From assembly GCA_965200835.1 (NCBI GenBank), contig OZ241390.1:2327616-2391615 (forward strand): a DNA stretch of 64,000 nucleotides, in the 5' to 3' direction. The stretch is from Acidimicrobiia bacterium. Its GTDB lineage: Bacteria > Actinomycetota > Acidimicrobiia > Spongiisociales > Spongiisociaceae. The notes below the pieces were generated by a model. The model had not been told where the DNA came from and ran no database searches. It was given only the letters and a program-made list of their open reading frames with translations. Below are positions 29,137 to 39,437 of this stretch, one piece after another (the stretch's first letter is position 1; every line of letters starts with the position of its first letter). The translations under genes and the position numbers were made by a program.

Positions 29137-30345
29137 ATGAACGACATCTACATCGCTGATGCCTGCCGGACCCCGATGGGTCGGCTTGGAGGGCAGCTTG
29201 CGGCTGTTCGACCTGACGACCTGGCGGCTCATGTCGTCCGGGCCCTGATGGAGCGTAACGCGGGCCTCGACCCGCATCACATAGAGGAAGTCGTGTGGGG
29301 GGCGGTCAACCAGGCAGGCGAGGACAATCGGAACGTGGCACGCATGGCGTCGCTACTGGCTGGCCTGGGGATCGAGGTGACCGGCCACACGGTGAACCGG
29401 CTGTGCGGTTCAGGACTCCAGGCGGTCGTGAGCGCTACGCAGGCCCTTGCCTCCGGGTGGGGCGAAGTGATGATCGCCGGTGGCTCTGAGTCGATGAGCC
29501 GGGCGCCCTACGTCGTCACCAAGGCGGAGCGAGCCTACGCGGTAGGCGCGCCTCAGGTGGTGGACACCGTGCTCGGGTGGAGGCTGGTCAATCCCCGCAT
29601 GAGTCACCTGTATCCACCGATCAACATGGGAGAGACGGCGGAGGAGGTGGCTGCCAAGTACGGGGTCAGTCGTGCGGAGCAGGACGAGTTCGCCCTCACC
29701 AGCCATCGCCGGGCGGTTGTGGCCCAGTCGACCGGTCGCTTCAACACAGAGATCGTCCCTATCGAGGCACCCTCAGGCCCCAAGCAGCGTTCGATCGCCT
29801 CGATCTCATCGGACGAGGGTCCCCGGCCTAACACTTCGATGGAGGCGTTGGGCAGGCTCCGTCCTGTGTTCAGGGCTGGCGGAACGGTCACCGCGGGCAA
29901 CTCTTCCCCTATGAACGATGGCGCGGCTGGACTGATCCTGGCGACCCCCCGAGGTCTGGAGCGGTCCGGTTTGACTCCGATGGCTCGGATCGTGGCATCG
30001 GCAGTAGCCGGAGTCCATCCCGACCTGATGGGTATCGGCCCGGTCCCCGCCACCCTCAAGGCACTCCAACGAGCCAAGCTGTCGGTGGATGACCTGGACC
30101 TGGTGGAGATCAACGAGGCCTTTGCGGCCCAGGCGGTGGCCTGCCGCGATCAGCTGGGTATCGATCCCCGGATCGTCAATGTGAACGGTGGGGCGATCGC
30201 CCTCGGGCATCCACTCGGTTGCTCTGGCGCTCGTATCCTCACCACCCTGGTCCACGAGCTGCGTAAGCGGAAGGAGCGCTACGGCCTGGCCACCATGTGC
30301 ATCGGGGTAGGACAGGGGATCTCTATGGTGGTGGAAAGGGTGTGA
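29137..30345 (+). CDS. Acetyl-CoA C-acyltransferase (thiolase, PcaF/PaaJ-like)
   Basis: [40 protein letters not shown]. Confidence 0.95.
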   Translation: MNDIYIADACRTPMGRLGGQLAAVRPDDLAAHVVRALMERNAGLDPHHIEEVVWGAVNQAGEDNRNVARMASLLAGLGIEVTGHTVNRLCGSGLQAVVSATQALASGWGEVMIAGGSESMSRAPYVVTKAERAYAVGAPQVVDTVLGWRLVNPRMSHLYPPINMGETAEEVAAKYGVSRAEQDEFALTSHRRAVVAQSTGRFNTEIVPIEAPSGPKQRSIASISSDEGPRPNTSMEALGRLRPVFRAGGTVTAGNSSPMNDGAAGLILATPRGLERSGLTPMARIVASAVAGVHPDLMGIGPVPATLKALQRAKLSVDDLDLVEINEAFAAQAVACRDQLGIDPRIVNVNGGAIALGHPLGCSGARILTTLVHELRKRKERYGLATMCIGVGQGISMVVERV

Positions 30346-30350
30346 AGCAC

Positions 30351-30380
30351 ACCTAACAGGCTTGCTCACAGCTGTTAGGT
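30351..30380. repeat. Inverted repeat ACCTAACAG...CTGTTAGGT right after the thiolase stop
   Basis: Perfect 9-bp arms with a 12-nt loop; terminator or transposon-end scar. Confidence 0.5.
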
Positions 30381-30444
30381 CGCCAGCCGGCTTCAAGACA
30401 CCGGCTCCTCCGTGGCCCGATACCTGTCTTAGCCGGTCGGTACC

Positions 30445-31451
30445 ATGACGATCATGGCTGGGGTAGCTACAACGGAACGATCTGATCGGCCTGCCCGGAT
30501 ATTCGTGGAGAACTGGTCACCCGACTACGGGGCCCCGCTCGAGGTGTCGGCCGAATCGGAGCCCGTCTACGAGACGGACCCGGCAGTCGAGACCCGGGAC
30601 TGGAGCCCCATCCGCGGCAGCTCGCGCACGACCCCTCCGGAAGTTGTATTCGTGGATGGCGTACGCCGGGTCGAGGCCAGGATCACCATCGACGACCCTC
30701 TGGATGGTCCGGTACCTGGATTGATGGCCGCCATCGGAGTGGGCGCTGTCCGGTGGGACCGCTCCATACCCCGCTCCACCTTCTCGGATCTGTCGGTCGA
30801 ACGCCTGGTGGTCATGGCAAGAGGTTACGAGTCGGGCATCGACCGGATCGGTGCGCTACCGGTGACCTCCGAGTCCGTACCTGATGATGATCCTGCCGAG
30901 TTGGTGGCCCAGGTACAGCGCCGGATGCGTGCAGCCGAGCAGTTGCTGGCATCCCGGCTAGCGACGCCCGGACGCCTAGTCATTGCGGACGGTCGGAGCC
31001 ACGAGCTAGGTCCGCAGCGGATCGTGGGTCTGGTAAAGACGCACCGGGCCATGTACCTGGAGGATCGACTACGGTCAATGGTCGGTCACCTCAGGGCGGG
31101 GGAGAGGACTCCCATCTTCTCGATCGACACTGGGTTCCTGCCTCGTTACTCCTGGTATCTGCGAATAGCCGAGATACCACGGAGTCACTCCTGGACGGGC
31201 ATCGTGCGCTGCGAGGTGGCCGGCGCGGTGGGGATCGATGCAGCGGCCGAAATGGCAGGCTGGACCACGCAGCTCCTACCGCCCCTGCCGTCCGAGCAGC
31301 ATATCGACCCTCGCGCACCCAGAATCTGGTGCCTATCTCCGCCCTGGAAAGGGAACTCCGGCGCTGCATGGGCGATCGGAACCTGGCACATCGGGCCCTG
31401 TTGAGAGCCGCAGCCCGCGCCCAGTCGGTCGGCACTCGGCCGGGCGGCTAG
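30445..31451 (+). CDS. nurA: NurA-like 5'-3' nuclease (frameshift near 31320)
   Basis: FVDGVRR, IADG, GLVKTH..YL, GERTPIF, SWYLR, GIVRCE; C-terminal DPRAP(Q)NLVPISALERELRR restored by adding one C; that frame ends at TAG 31449-31451. Confidence 0.8.
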
Positions 31452-31453
31452 AT

Positions 31454-33187
31454 ATGCCGGTCGGGGAGCCGGTCGGGAGGATCATCGCCTCCGAGCACGC
31501 CACCACTCAAGAGTTCGGGGTGGTTCTCGACGACCGAAGCTACCTCCAGCTCGACGATCTGGTGATGGTCGAGACGGAGGTGCCGGGCGCGGGGACGGTG
31601 AGCACCTATGGCGTGGTAACCGAGTCCAAGGGCATTTACGAGGGTGCCTCCTTCGAGTCCGACACCTTCCGGATTGCTCGCGAGGGCATATTGCCGGCTG
31701 CCAAGGTGCGGTCGGCTGAGGTGGCAGTGACCCGAGTGGATCCCGAGATCTGGGTGGCACCCGACCCGGGCCAGGAAGTTTTCCGGGCGGCAGGATCCCG
31801 GCGTGACAAGGCGCTGTACAAGGACGAGATGAACCGGGCGTTGCAGGTGGGCCTTGGTAGGGATGGGGAGCCGGTGTTCGCCGACGTCGACTTCTTCGAC
31901 GGCCGTAAAGGCGGGCACATGTCGATCTCGGGGATCTCGGGAGTGGCTACCAAGACCTCCTATGCCCTGTTCTTCATCCGTATGCTCACCGCCCATCCTC
32001 AGATTCTCGGGGAAGGGGCCGCCAACCTACGGGTGCTGATCTTCAACGTCAAGGGTGAGGACCTGTTGTGGCTCGACAAACCCAACAGGTACTTGACCCC
32101 GGAGGCGGTGGAGGAGTGGCACCGATTGGGCGTTTCGCCCGCCCCCTTCCCGTCGGTCCACTTCTGGGCGCCGCCCCGTCGCTTCTCGGGGGATGTCTCG
32201 CTCCCCCACACGGGTGGTCGCCTCGAGGGGGTGACCGCCTTCTCCTGGACGCCGCGCGAGTTCATCGACGAGGGCTTGCTGGCCTTCCTGTTCACGGATG
32301 CGCTGGACTCACGTAACCAGAATTCCTTCGTCGAGGAGCGGGTGCGCTCCCAGTTACGAAGATGGGCGGTGGACGTGGCGGGAGAGCCGGGCGCGGTGGT
32401 GTTGCGCTCGCCTCCGAAGGGGGGCCACAAGGGGCCCCACGAGGTGCGACCAAATCCTGGCGAACGGGTGATCCGCGACCTTCGTGACCTGGTCGACGAG
32501 CTGGACGAGTACCTGGACCCTCCGGATGGGAGCGAGCCCGACATCGCCTGGTCCGGCCGTACCCAGGCGGGAACCATCGCGGCCTTCATGCGGCGGTTGC
32601 ACGCGGCCTCCCACCGTCTCGGGCACCTCATCCGGGCCGGAGAAAGCCAGCGGGTGGACCGGCGCGCCGCCCAGATAACGGTTATCTCCATCCAGACCCT
32701 TCATGACCTGGGCCAGCGGTTCGTGGTGGGGGCCATGCTGGAGGAGACCTTCCGGGAGAAGGAACGATCCGGCCGCCGCCTACCGCTGTCGGTCATCCTG
32801 CTGGACGAACTCAACAAGTATGCGCCCCGGGAGGGTCGCAGCCCCCTCAAGGAGATGCTGGTGGACATCGCCCAGCGGGGACGGTCGCTGGGTGTGCTGC
32901 TGGTCGGCGCACAGCAGACGGCTTCCCGGGTAGCGCCCGAGGTCTTGGAGAACGCTGCTTTGCGGGTGGCCGGACGCTTAGACGCAGCCGAGGCAGAACG
33001 TTCCGAGTACGGGTGGATGCTGCCATCGACCAGAGCCAGGGCACGTCTGCTGAAGCCGGGAACGATGGTGCTGTCCCAGCCGGCTATTCCGGTGCCGCTG
33101 GTCCTCACCTTTCCCTTCCCGCCGTGGGCAACCCGCCAGGAGGAGGTGGAGGTGGAAGCCGAAGAAGACCCCTTCGCTGACCTCTGA
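31454..33187 (+). CDS. herA: HerA-like ATPase/helicase (HAS barrel plus FtsK/HerA domain)
   Basis: HMSISGISGVATKTSY variant Walker A, IFNVKGEDL, LDELNKYAP, QRGRSLGVLLVGAQQ. Confidence 0.88.
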   Translation: MPVGEPVGRIIASEHATTQEFGVVLDDRSYLQLDDLVMVETEVPGAGTVSTYGVVTESKGIYEGASFESDTFRIAREGILPAAKVRSAEVAVTRVDPEIWVAPDPGQEVFRAAGSRRDKALYKDEMNRALQVGLGRDGEPVFADVDFFDGRKGGHMSISGISGVATKTSYALFFIRMLTAHPQILGEGAANLRVLIFNVKGEDLLWLDKPNRYLTPEAVEEWHRLGVSPAPFPSVHFWAPPRRFSGDVSLPHTGGRLEGVTAFSWTPREFIDEGLLAFLFTDALDSRNQNSFVEERVRSQLRRWAVDVAGEPGAVVLRSPPKGGHKGPHEVRPNPGERVIRDLRDLVDELDEYLDPPDGSEPDIAWSGRTQAGTIAAFMRRLHAASHRLGHLIRAGESQRVDRRAAQITVISIQTLHDLGQRFVVGAMLEETFREKERSGRRLPLSVILLDELNKYAPREGRSPLKEMLVDIAQRGRSLGVLLVGAQQTASRVAPEVLENAALRVAGRLDAAEAERSEYGWMLPSTRARARLLKPGTMVLSQPAIPVPLVLTFPFPPWATRQEEVEVEAEEDPFADL

Positions 33188-34366
33188 TGCGGATACTCCA
33201 CACGTCCGACTGGCACATCGGCAAGAAGCTCGGGCGCTTCGACCGCATGGACGAGCACCGCAAAGCCATCGACGAGGTAGTCGACATCGCCGAGCGGGAA
33301 CGGGTGGATCTGGTGATCCACAGCGGGGATGTGTTCGAGCGGCCCATACCGCCCATGCCGGCTCTGGAACTGGGCCTGGACGGCCTGGTGCGGTTGACGG
33401 CTGGCGGCACCGGACCGGTGGTGGCCATTGCCGGCAATCATGACTCGCCGCTCCTGTTCGACACGCTGGCCAGGTTTCTGGTTAACCGAAACGTCCATCT
33501 CGTGGGAGAGGTGAAGTCCCCGGACGAAGGAGCAGTACTGGACCTGGCTACTCGCGCCGGGCGGGCGGTGGTGTCCTGCTTTCCGTTCTTGCGTGAGGGT
33601 CGCACGTTCAACGTTTGGCATCCTCCCGAGGAGCACTACAAGCGGTACGCAGACAAGTTGCGCGCCATCAGTGCGGCCTATGCCCGGGCGGCCGAGAGCC
33701 GCGCCGCAGGCGAGGCGGTTACCGTCCTAGTGGCCGACTACCTAGTGGGAGGGGTCAAGGTGCATGGGCACGGTGCTCCGCGCGGTGAACGTGAACTGCA
33801 TATGGGCCAGGTGTACGCGGCCGATTCCCAGGCCATACCGGTGGGTCCCCAGTACGTGGCTATGGGACACATCCACGCGCCTCAGCGGATACCTGGAGCT
33901 CCGGTACCTGCCGAGTACTCCGGTTCACTGTTGCAGCTCGATTTTGGTGAGGCAGAGGAGGCCAAGCGAGTCGTGCTGGTCGATGTCGAGCCGAACCTGC
34001 CGGCCCGGGTTCGCAAGATACCGGTTGGAGGTGGCCGGCCATTGCTCCGTCCGTCTGGCACGTGGGAGGAGATTGCGGCCACCCCCGGGGTCGATGATTC
34101 ATATCTGGATCTGACGGTTGTCACCGAGGGACCCGATCCTGGTCTCGCCGACCGGGCGTCGGGATGGGTATCCCTTCCTGGTCAAGGTAAAGGCCGAGTA
34201 TCCGAAGGAGGAAACGGAACGGCGGTCGCGGCAAGGGCGAAGCATCGTGGACCTCTATCACGACTACTACCGCACCAGCGAGGGCGTAGACCCACCTGAT
34301 GACCTGATCGGCGCCTTTCGGGAGCTGGTCGAGAAGTTCGAAGAGTCGGCACGTGCGCCCGCTTGA
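33187..34366 (+). CDS. sbcD: SbcD/Mre11 nuclease (frameshift at ~34159)
   Basis: HTSDWHIGK, SGDVFE, AGNHDS, MGHIH, YSGSLLQLDFGE; removing one T at 34159 joins a C-terminal domain that overlaps the sbcC start. Confidence 0.88.
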
Positions 34367-37300
34367 GCTCCGGCTGAGGAACTTTCGCTCGTTCTATGGT
34401 GACGGCCACACCTTCACCTTCCGCGGCCGGCGACTGATCGGGGTAGTCGGACCCATCGGGTCGGGGAAGAGCACCATCCTGGACGCTATAGCGTTCGCTC
34501 TGTACGGCAAGACACCTCGTATCGCCCGCTCCACCCGATCGCTCATCCACCAGCGTGCTCAGCACGCCGCGGTAGCCCTGCGCTTCGAAGTCGAGGGGGA
34601 AGTATGGGAAGCGGCCCGGCTCCTGCGCCGGACCGGCGCGAGCCAGCATGCCCTCTACCGGTTGCCCGCCGATACCGAAGAACCGGCACCGGACAAGAAG
34701 TTCTCTTTTGTACGGGAGGTCAACCACCAAATCGAAGAGCTGCTCGGTCTCGACTTCGATGGGTTCGGCCGGTCGGTGCTGCTGGCCCAGGGTCAGTTTG
34801 CCCAGTTTCTGTCCGCTCCACCGGCTGCGCGTGACAAGGTCCTCAAAGGCGTGTTCGGACACCAGCGGGTGGGCGCGATCCGTGACCTGGCCAAGCAGGC
34901 AGTTGGACGTAGCAGGCACGAGACCGAGAAGCTGGACATCCGTATTGAACATGTGGAGGCAGCGAGGACCCGCCTGGTACAGCACCGGGAGGACCTGGCC
35001 GAGGCCACCGCTCGCCTGGGTCAGTTGGAGGAAGTACTTCCCAGGTTCGAAGCCCTCGCTGCCCGGATCGACCAGGCGGAGAAGGTCCGAGACCTGGCGG
35101 ATCGGCGGCTGGCCGAGCTGAGGGAACGTTCCGCCGAGTTACCCGATCCGGTATGGAGCGAGAAGGCACTGGCGATGGTTGAGCAAGCCGGCCTGAAGGT
35201 GTCCTCGGCAGAGCAGAAGTTGCAGGTCGTCTCCGATCGGCTGGTCGAAGCAGAAGAGCACCTGGAGTCGGAGGAGTTCGAGCAGGAACTCGAGCGTGTG
35301 GAAGAGTCGACCGAGCTACTCAGCCAGCTCGAGGCTGTCCGAGTGGGGATCGAAGCACGGCTGGATGATCTGAGTCGGCGGGCACGGGAGATTCCTGATC
35401 GGTTGGAGGGGGAGCGGGTGGTATTGCAGGCCGAGCGCGGCTCGGCTCGGCGGGTCGAAGCCGATCGGGAGTGGTCGACGGCCTCGACCGTTCTCGAACG
35501 TGCGGAACGAGTCCTGCTATCCGATGACTTCCTAGAGCGCAGGCGTCGGGCCGAGGAGGCGAGCACTCTGATGGTCAGGGTCCATGCTGCCGACTTGTCG
35601 CTGCAGGATGCGGTGTTGGAGTCTCGCCAGGCGACGGACAATCTGGCGGAGGATGAAGCTGCCGAGACGGAGGCCCGCTCTGCCTTGGATCGGGCCGGCT
35701 CGAGCCGTGAGCGAGTCGAGACCGCGGCGCGGCAGGCCACATCCCGTCTCGCGGTTGCTCGGGACCGTTTGCAGGAAGCCCTCCACGCCGACATGGCCGG
35801 GTCGCTGCGTGAACGGTTGGCCAGCGGCGACGCATGCCCGGTGTGCGAGCAACCCGTACATCGGGTCCCGCCAGCGGCCGGAGGTGATACGGACGCGGCC
35901 CGCCGGCGGGTGGAACGAGCACGCTCGGAGCGAGATACCACCGAGAAGCTGGTGCGATCGGCGGTCGGGACCGAACAGGCTGCCCGGGCTCGCCTGGACG
36001 CTTCCGCGGAGCGGCGAGCGGCCTCGATCCTCAGCCTCGTCGAGCTGCGCGGCAAGGAGGAGCAACGACACGCCCAACTGGCGAAGTATCAGGACCGGCT
36101 CAGGGGCTTGCTGGGTGATGGCCCGCCCGAGGTTCGGTTGGATGAAGAACGGGCTGCTCTGGACGGACTCACCGCGGCCGCGGAGGAGGCCCGCGTTGCG
36201 CGGGACGAAGCCAGAGCGGCTCTCGACGAGGCTATGGAAGAGCAACGCCGTGTTCAGGAAGCAGTGTCGGACTTGCGCACTCGAATAGGAACGCTTGGCG
36301 CGATGCTGCATGCCGACTTTCCGGCTCCGGAGAGCGGTCCCGGGGCGGTCCGGCAGGGGCTCGCCCACCTCGACAACGAGTGGCGCCGTACGATCGCCAA
36401 CCTGACGGACGACCTCCGCAGGGAACAGCAGAAGATCGAAGCTGCCGCACTACAACGGACGAAGGCCCAAGCCCGCGTGGATGCCTTCCGCCAAGCGGCC
36501 AGCGATGCTCGGACAGCCCGGGATCAGGCTCGCGACTCTCTGGATAAGGCCGTCACGCTGGAGAAACAGGCTCGGAGAAAGCTGTCGGACCTTCTTGCCC
36601 GCATCGGGTCCCTCGGTGTCGTACTCCATAGCAACTTCCGGATACCCCGGGACGATCCCGACGCTCTGCGCGCTGCTCTGGCTTCACTGCACGAAGGATG
36701 GCGCCATGAGACAGGGGAGCTCGAGGCAACTGTTGAACGTAGCCACTCCGAGCGTGGGAAGGCTACGGCGGGCCTGCAGGAGTTGCGGGACGAGTATCGA
36801 ATCGATGGATCCATCGATTCTGCCCTGGCGGAACTAAGGGCGAAGCATGATCACATCGCCGCCGAGGTCGATCGACACGAGAAGTTAGTGGCCGGCCTCG
36901 ATGGGCTGCGGGAGGAGCGCAGGAAGAGACAGGATGAAGTCCGCCTCAACCAGCGTCTAGTTCGCGACCTCACCGATGCCCGCTTCATCCGATTCCTGCT
37001 CGACGAAGAACGTGCCGACCTCTCTGAGCTGGGTTCCGAGCACTTCGAGCGACTGTCCTCGGGGAGATACCGCTTTACTGGTGACGGGCAATTCCATGTG
37101 GTGGATCTCAACTCGGCCGACGCTATCCGCCGTGCCGATAGCCTGTCGGGGGGCGAGACGTTCCTGGCGTCACTTTCCCTGGCGCTGGCCCTAGCCGAAA
37201 TGGTCGGCCGCGGGGGAGGGCGTCTCGATGCCTTCTTCCTGGACGAAGGCATCGGAACCCTCGATCCTGAACATCTCGATCTGGCGATGGCAGGCATCGA

Positions 37301-37445
37301 GTCCTTGGTCTCGCAACGGCATCAGCGGCTAGTGGTGGTCGTGTCCCACGTTCCCGAGCTCCGGGAGCGCATCGAGGATCTGATCGAGCTGGACAAGGCG
37401 GCCCTGACGGGTGATTCGGTGGTGGTAGCCGGAGCTATGCCATAG
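34353..37445 (+). CDS. sbcC: SbcC/Rad50 SMC ATPase
   Basis: GPIGSGKST, LLAQGQF, CPVC zinc hook, LSGGETF, FLDEGIGTLD, VVSH. Confidence 0.93.
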   Translation: MRPLELRLRNFRSFYGDGHTFTFRGRRLIGVVGPIGSGKSTILDAIAFALYGKTPRIARSTRSLIHQRAQHAAVALRFEVEGEVWEAARLLRRTGASQHALYRLPADTEEPAPDKKFSFVREVNHQIEELLGLDFDGFGRSVLLAQGQFAQFLSAPPAARDKVLKGVFGHQRVGAIRDLAKQAVGRSRHETEKLDIRIEHVEAARTRLVQHREDLAEATARLGQLEEVLPRFEALAARIDQAEKVRDLADRRLAELRERSAELPDPVWSEKALAMVEQAGLKVSSAEQKLQVVSDRLVEAEEHLESEEFEQELERVEESTELLSQLEAVRVGIEARLDDLSRRAREIPDRLEGERVVLQAERGSARRVEADREWSTASTVLERAERVLLSDDFLERRRRAEEASTLMVRVHAADLSLQDAVLESRQATDNLAEDEAAETEARSALDRAGSSRERVETAARQATSRLAVARDRLQEALHADMAGSLRERLASGDACPVCEQPVHRVPPAAGGDTDAARRRVERARSERDTTEKLVRSAVGTEQAARARLDASAERRAASILSLVELRGKEEQRHAQLAKYQDRLRGLLGDGPPEVRLDEERAALDGLTAAAEEARVARDEARAALDEAMEEQRRVQEAVSDLRTRIGTLGAMLHADFPAPESGPGAVRQGLAHLDNEWRRTIANLTDDLRREQQKIEAAALQRTKAQARVDAFRQAASDARTARDQARDSLDKAVTLEKQARRKLSDLLARIGSLGVVLHSNFRIPRDDPDALRAALASLHEGWRHETGELEATVERSHSERGKATAGLQELRDEYRIDGSIDSALAELRAKHDHIAAEVDRHEKLVAGLDGLREERRKRQDEVRLNQRLVRDLTDARFIRFLLDEERADLSELGSEHFERLSSGRYRFTGDGQFHVVDLNSADAIRRADSLSGGETFLASLSLALALAEMVGRGGGRLDAFFLDEGIGTLDPEHLDLAMAGIESLVSQRHQRLVVVVSHVPELRERIEDLIELDKAALTGDSVVVAGAMP

Positions 37446-37455
37446 CCTCCTGATG

Positions 37456-37478
37456 AGGCGGGAGTGGGGTACCCGCCT
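37456..37478. terminator. Hairpin between convergent sbcC and NIPSNAP genes
   Basis: AGGCGGG...CCCGCCT. Confidence 0.45.
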
Positions 37479-37486
37479 ACGAGCTC

Positions 37487-37777
37487 CTAGAGCCGGGTCA
37501 GCATCCTGGCATCCACGCGGGTGATGTAGTCCATCGGGTCGAAGGACATTTCACCACGACGAGGATCGGCGTAATACCGTTCGGTTGCCTCATCGAACGT
37601 ACCCTCGCCGTCGTATTGGACGATCCAGACGTATTGGTAGGTCTCCTCGACCATCCAGGGACCCAACCGGGTGAATCCGTGGTCAAGACGGATCGGCATC
37701 AATTCCTCGTCGACCTTGGCGGCAAACTCGGCCAGGGTGCCGGGTTTGATGTTATAGATTCGAAGTTGAGCATTCAT
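37487..37777 (-). CDS. NIPSNAP family protein
   Basis: QLRIYNIKPG, YVWIVQY, YYADPRR. Confidence 0.8.
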   Translation of the reverse strand: MNAQLRIYNIKPGTLAEFAAKVDEELMPIRLDHGFTRLGPWMVEETYQYVWIVQYDGEGTFDEATERYYADPRRGEMSFDPMDYITRVDARMLTRL

Positions 37778-37829
37778 GACCTGCCATGCTAACTGAGAGT
37801 GTGCCAACCCAACCGAAGGCAGAACCGAC

Positions 37830-38840
37830 TCACACGACCAATCCGTGGTTCTCGGACTTGGGTTCGCGGCTCATCAAAGCGGCCAGTGCCTCCTGGACGG
37901 TCTCACCTTCGTAGAGGATCTTTCCCACCGACTCGGCAATCGGCATCTCCACGCCGTTTCGAGCAGCCAGATCGAGCACTGCCCGGGTGGTTCTGACTCC
38001 TTCAGCCACCATTTTCGTCTCAGCCAGGATTTCGTCGATCCCACGCCCTCTACCTAGCTGGAGACCGACCCGGTTGTTACGGCTCCGGGGACTTCCGCAG
38101 GTAGCAATCAGGTCACCCACCCCGGCCAACCCCCCGAACGTGAACGGTTCACCTCCCAGGGCGACACCCAGCCGGGTCATTTCGGCCAGACCTCTGGTGA
38201 CCAGGGTGGCGAGGGTGTTCATTCCGAAACCCAGCCCGGTGGCCACTCCGGCCGCAATGGCAATCACGTTCTTGATTGCGCCGGCCAGCTCCACCCCGAT
38301 GACGTCCCGGTTGGTATAGACACGCAGACTCGGGGTCGTGAAGACTGGTTGGATACGGCGGGCCATCTCCTGGTTGTCCATAGCGATTACCGTGGCTGCC
38401 GGCTGGCATTCCCAGATCTCGGACGCCAGGTTGGGGCCCGACAGGACCCCCACGACCGAGGAGTCATGCCCGACCAACACCTGCCGCGTCACTTGGGACA
38501 TTCGCAAACCGGTCTGCGCCTCGATGCCCTTGGTCAAGCTGATCATCGGGGTCGATGGATCGATGAGGGTCTGAGCCCGTTCCAGCACCGCCCGGTATCC
38601 ATGCGAGGGGACTCCGACTACTACCAGTTCAATGTGTGCTAATGCCTCCGCCAGCTCCGAGGTAGCCACCAACCGGTCGGGCAGTGAGTAGTCCGGCAAA
38701 TACTCGGGGTTGATGCGATCGGTGTTGATCCGGTCGGCTAGCTCCGGTCGCCTGGCCCACAGGACCACGTCGGCGTTGGCCGAGGCCAGCGCGGCGATGG
38801 TGGTACCCCACGAACCAGCTCCGACAACGGCAATCCTCAT
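37830..38840 (-). CDS. gpsA: NAD(P)H-dependent glycerol-3-phosphate dehydrogenase
   Basis: GAGSWGT, TKGIE, SGPNLA, GAIKNVIAIA, GVGDLIATC.S..SRN. Confidence 0.96.
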   Translation of the reverse strand: MRIAVVGAGSWGTTIAALASANADVVLWARRPELADRINTDRINPEYLPDYSLPDRLVATSELAEALAHIELVVVGVPSHGYRAVLERAQTLIDPSTPMISLTKGIEAQTGLRMSQVTRQVLVGHDSSVVGVLSGPNLASEIWECQPAATVIAMDNQEMARRIQPVFTTPSLRVYTNRDVIGVELAGAIKNVIAIAAGVATGLGFGMNTLATLVTRGLAEMTRLGVALGGEPFTFGGLAGVGDLIATCGSPRSRNNRVGLQLGRGRGIDEILAETKMVAEGVRTTRAVLDLAARNGVEMPIAESVGKILYEGETVQEALAALMSREPKSENHGLVV

Positions 38841-38948
38841 CAGGCGGATCGTAGAGGGTTGGGCGTCCAGCGGTCGGATGGGGATGGTGAGGACCTGGTC
38901 GATGCAAGTAAACGGGCTCTATTGGCTGGACCTAGTAGGGTCCGCGGC

Positions 38949-39362
38949 ATGGCTACCAAGCAGGAAGCCCACCTCAGCCTGATCCAGGGGGTGGTGGCCC
39001 GCCTGGGGCAGAACTCCTGCCTGCTGAAGGGTTGGAGCGTCCTGCTGATCTCAGCTCTGCTAGTCGTCGGTGGTGCCAGTGCCGACGAGCTGGTGCTGGC
39101 AGTAGGGTTTCTGCCCGCCGTGGTGTTCTGGGGGCTCGACGGATACCTTCTCTGGCAGGAGCGGCTATTCCGCGGGCTCTACGATCAGGTTCGTAAACAG
39201 GACGATCGAGACGTCGACCTTTCGATGGATGTAACCGGCATCCGCTCACGGGGCCTGTCGCCTAAGTGGTTAGCGGCCACCTTCTCTCGAACTTTGATCG
39301 CCTTCCACGGTGTGATCCTGGCTACGGTTCTGACTGTCCTCTTACTCGTACGTGTTCGATAG
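38949..39362 (+). CDS. Small membrane protein (H-L-x-x-IQ-x-V-x-x-R...NS..LKGWS family)
   Basis: HLSLIQGVVARLGQNSCLLKGWS, FWGLDGYLLWQERLFRGLYD; about 3 TM segments. Confidence 0.8.
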   Translation: MATKQEAHLSLIQGVVARLGQNSCLLKGWSVLLISALLVVGGASADELVLAVGFLPAVVFWGLDGYLLWQERLFRGLYDQVRKQDDRDVDLSMDVTGIRSRGLSPKWLAATFSRTLIAFHGVILATVLTVLLLVRVR

Positions 39363-39437
39363 CGGTAGTCGGAGGGTGCTCTCCATGCGTAGGTCGGGAA
39401 GGTGTAGGCGCGTCAGGCAGCTGGCACCGCTACCCCT

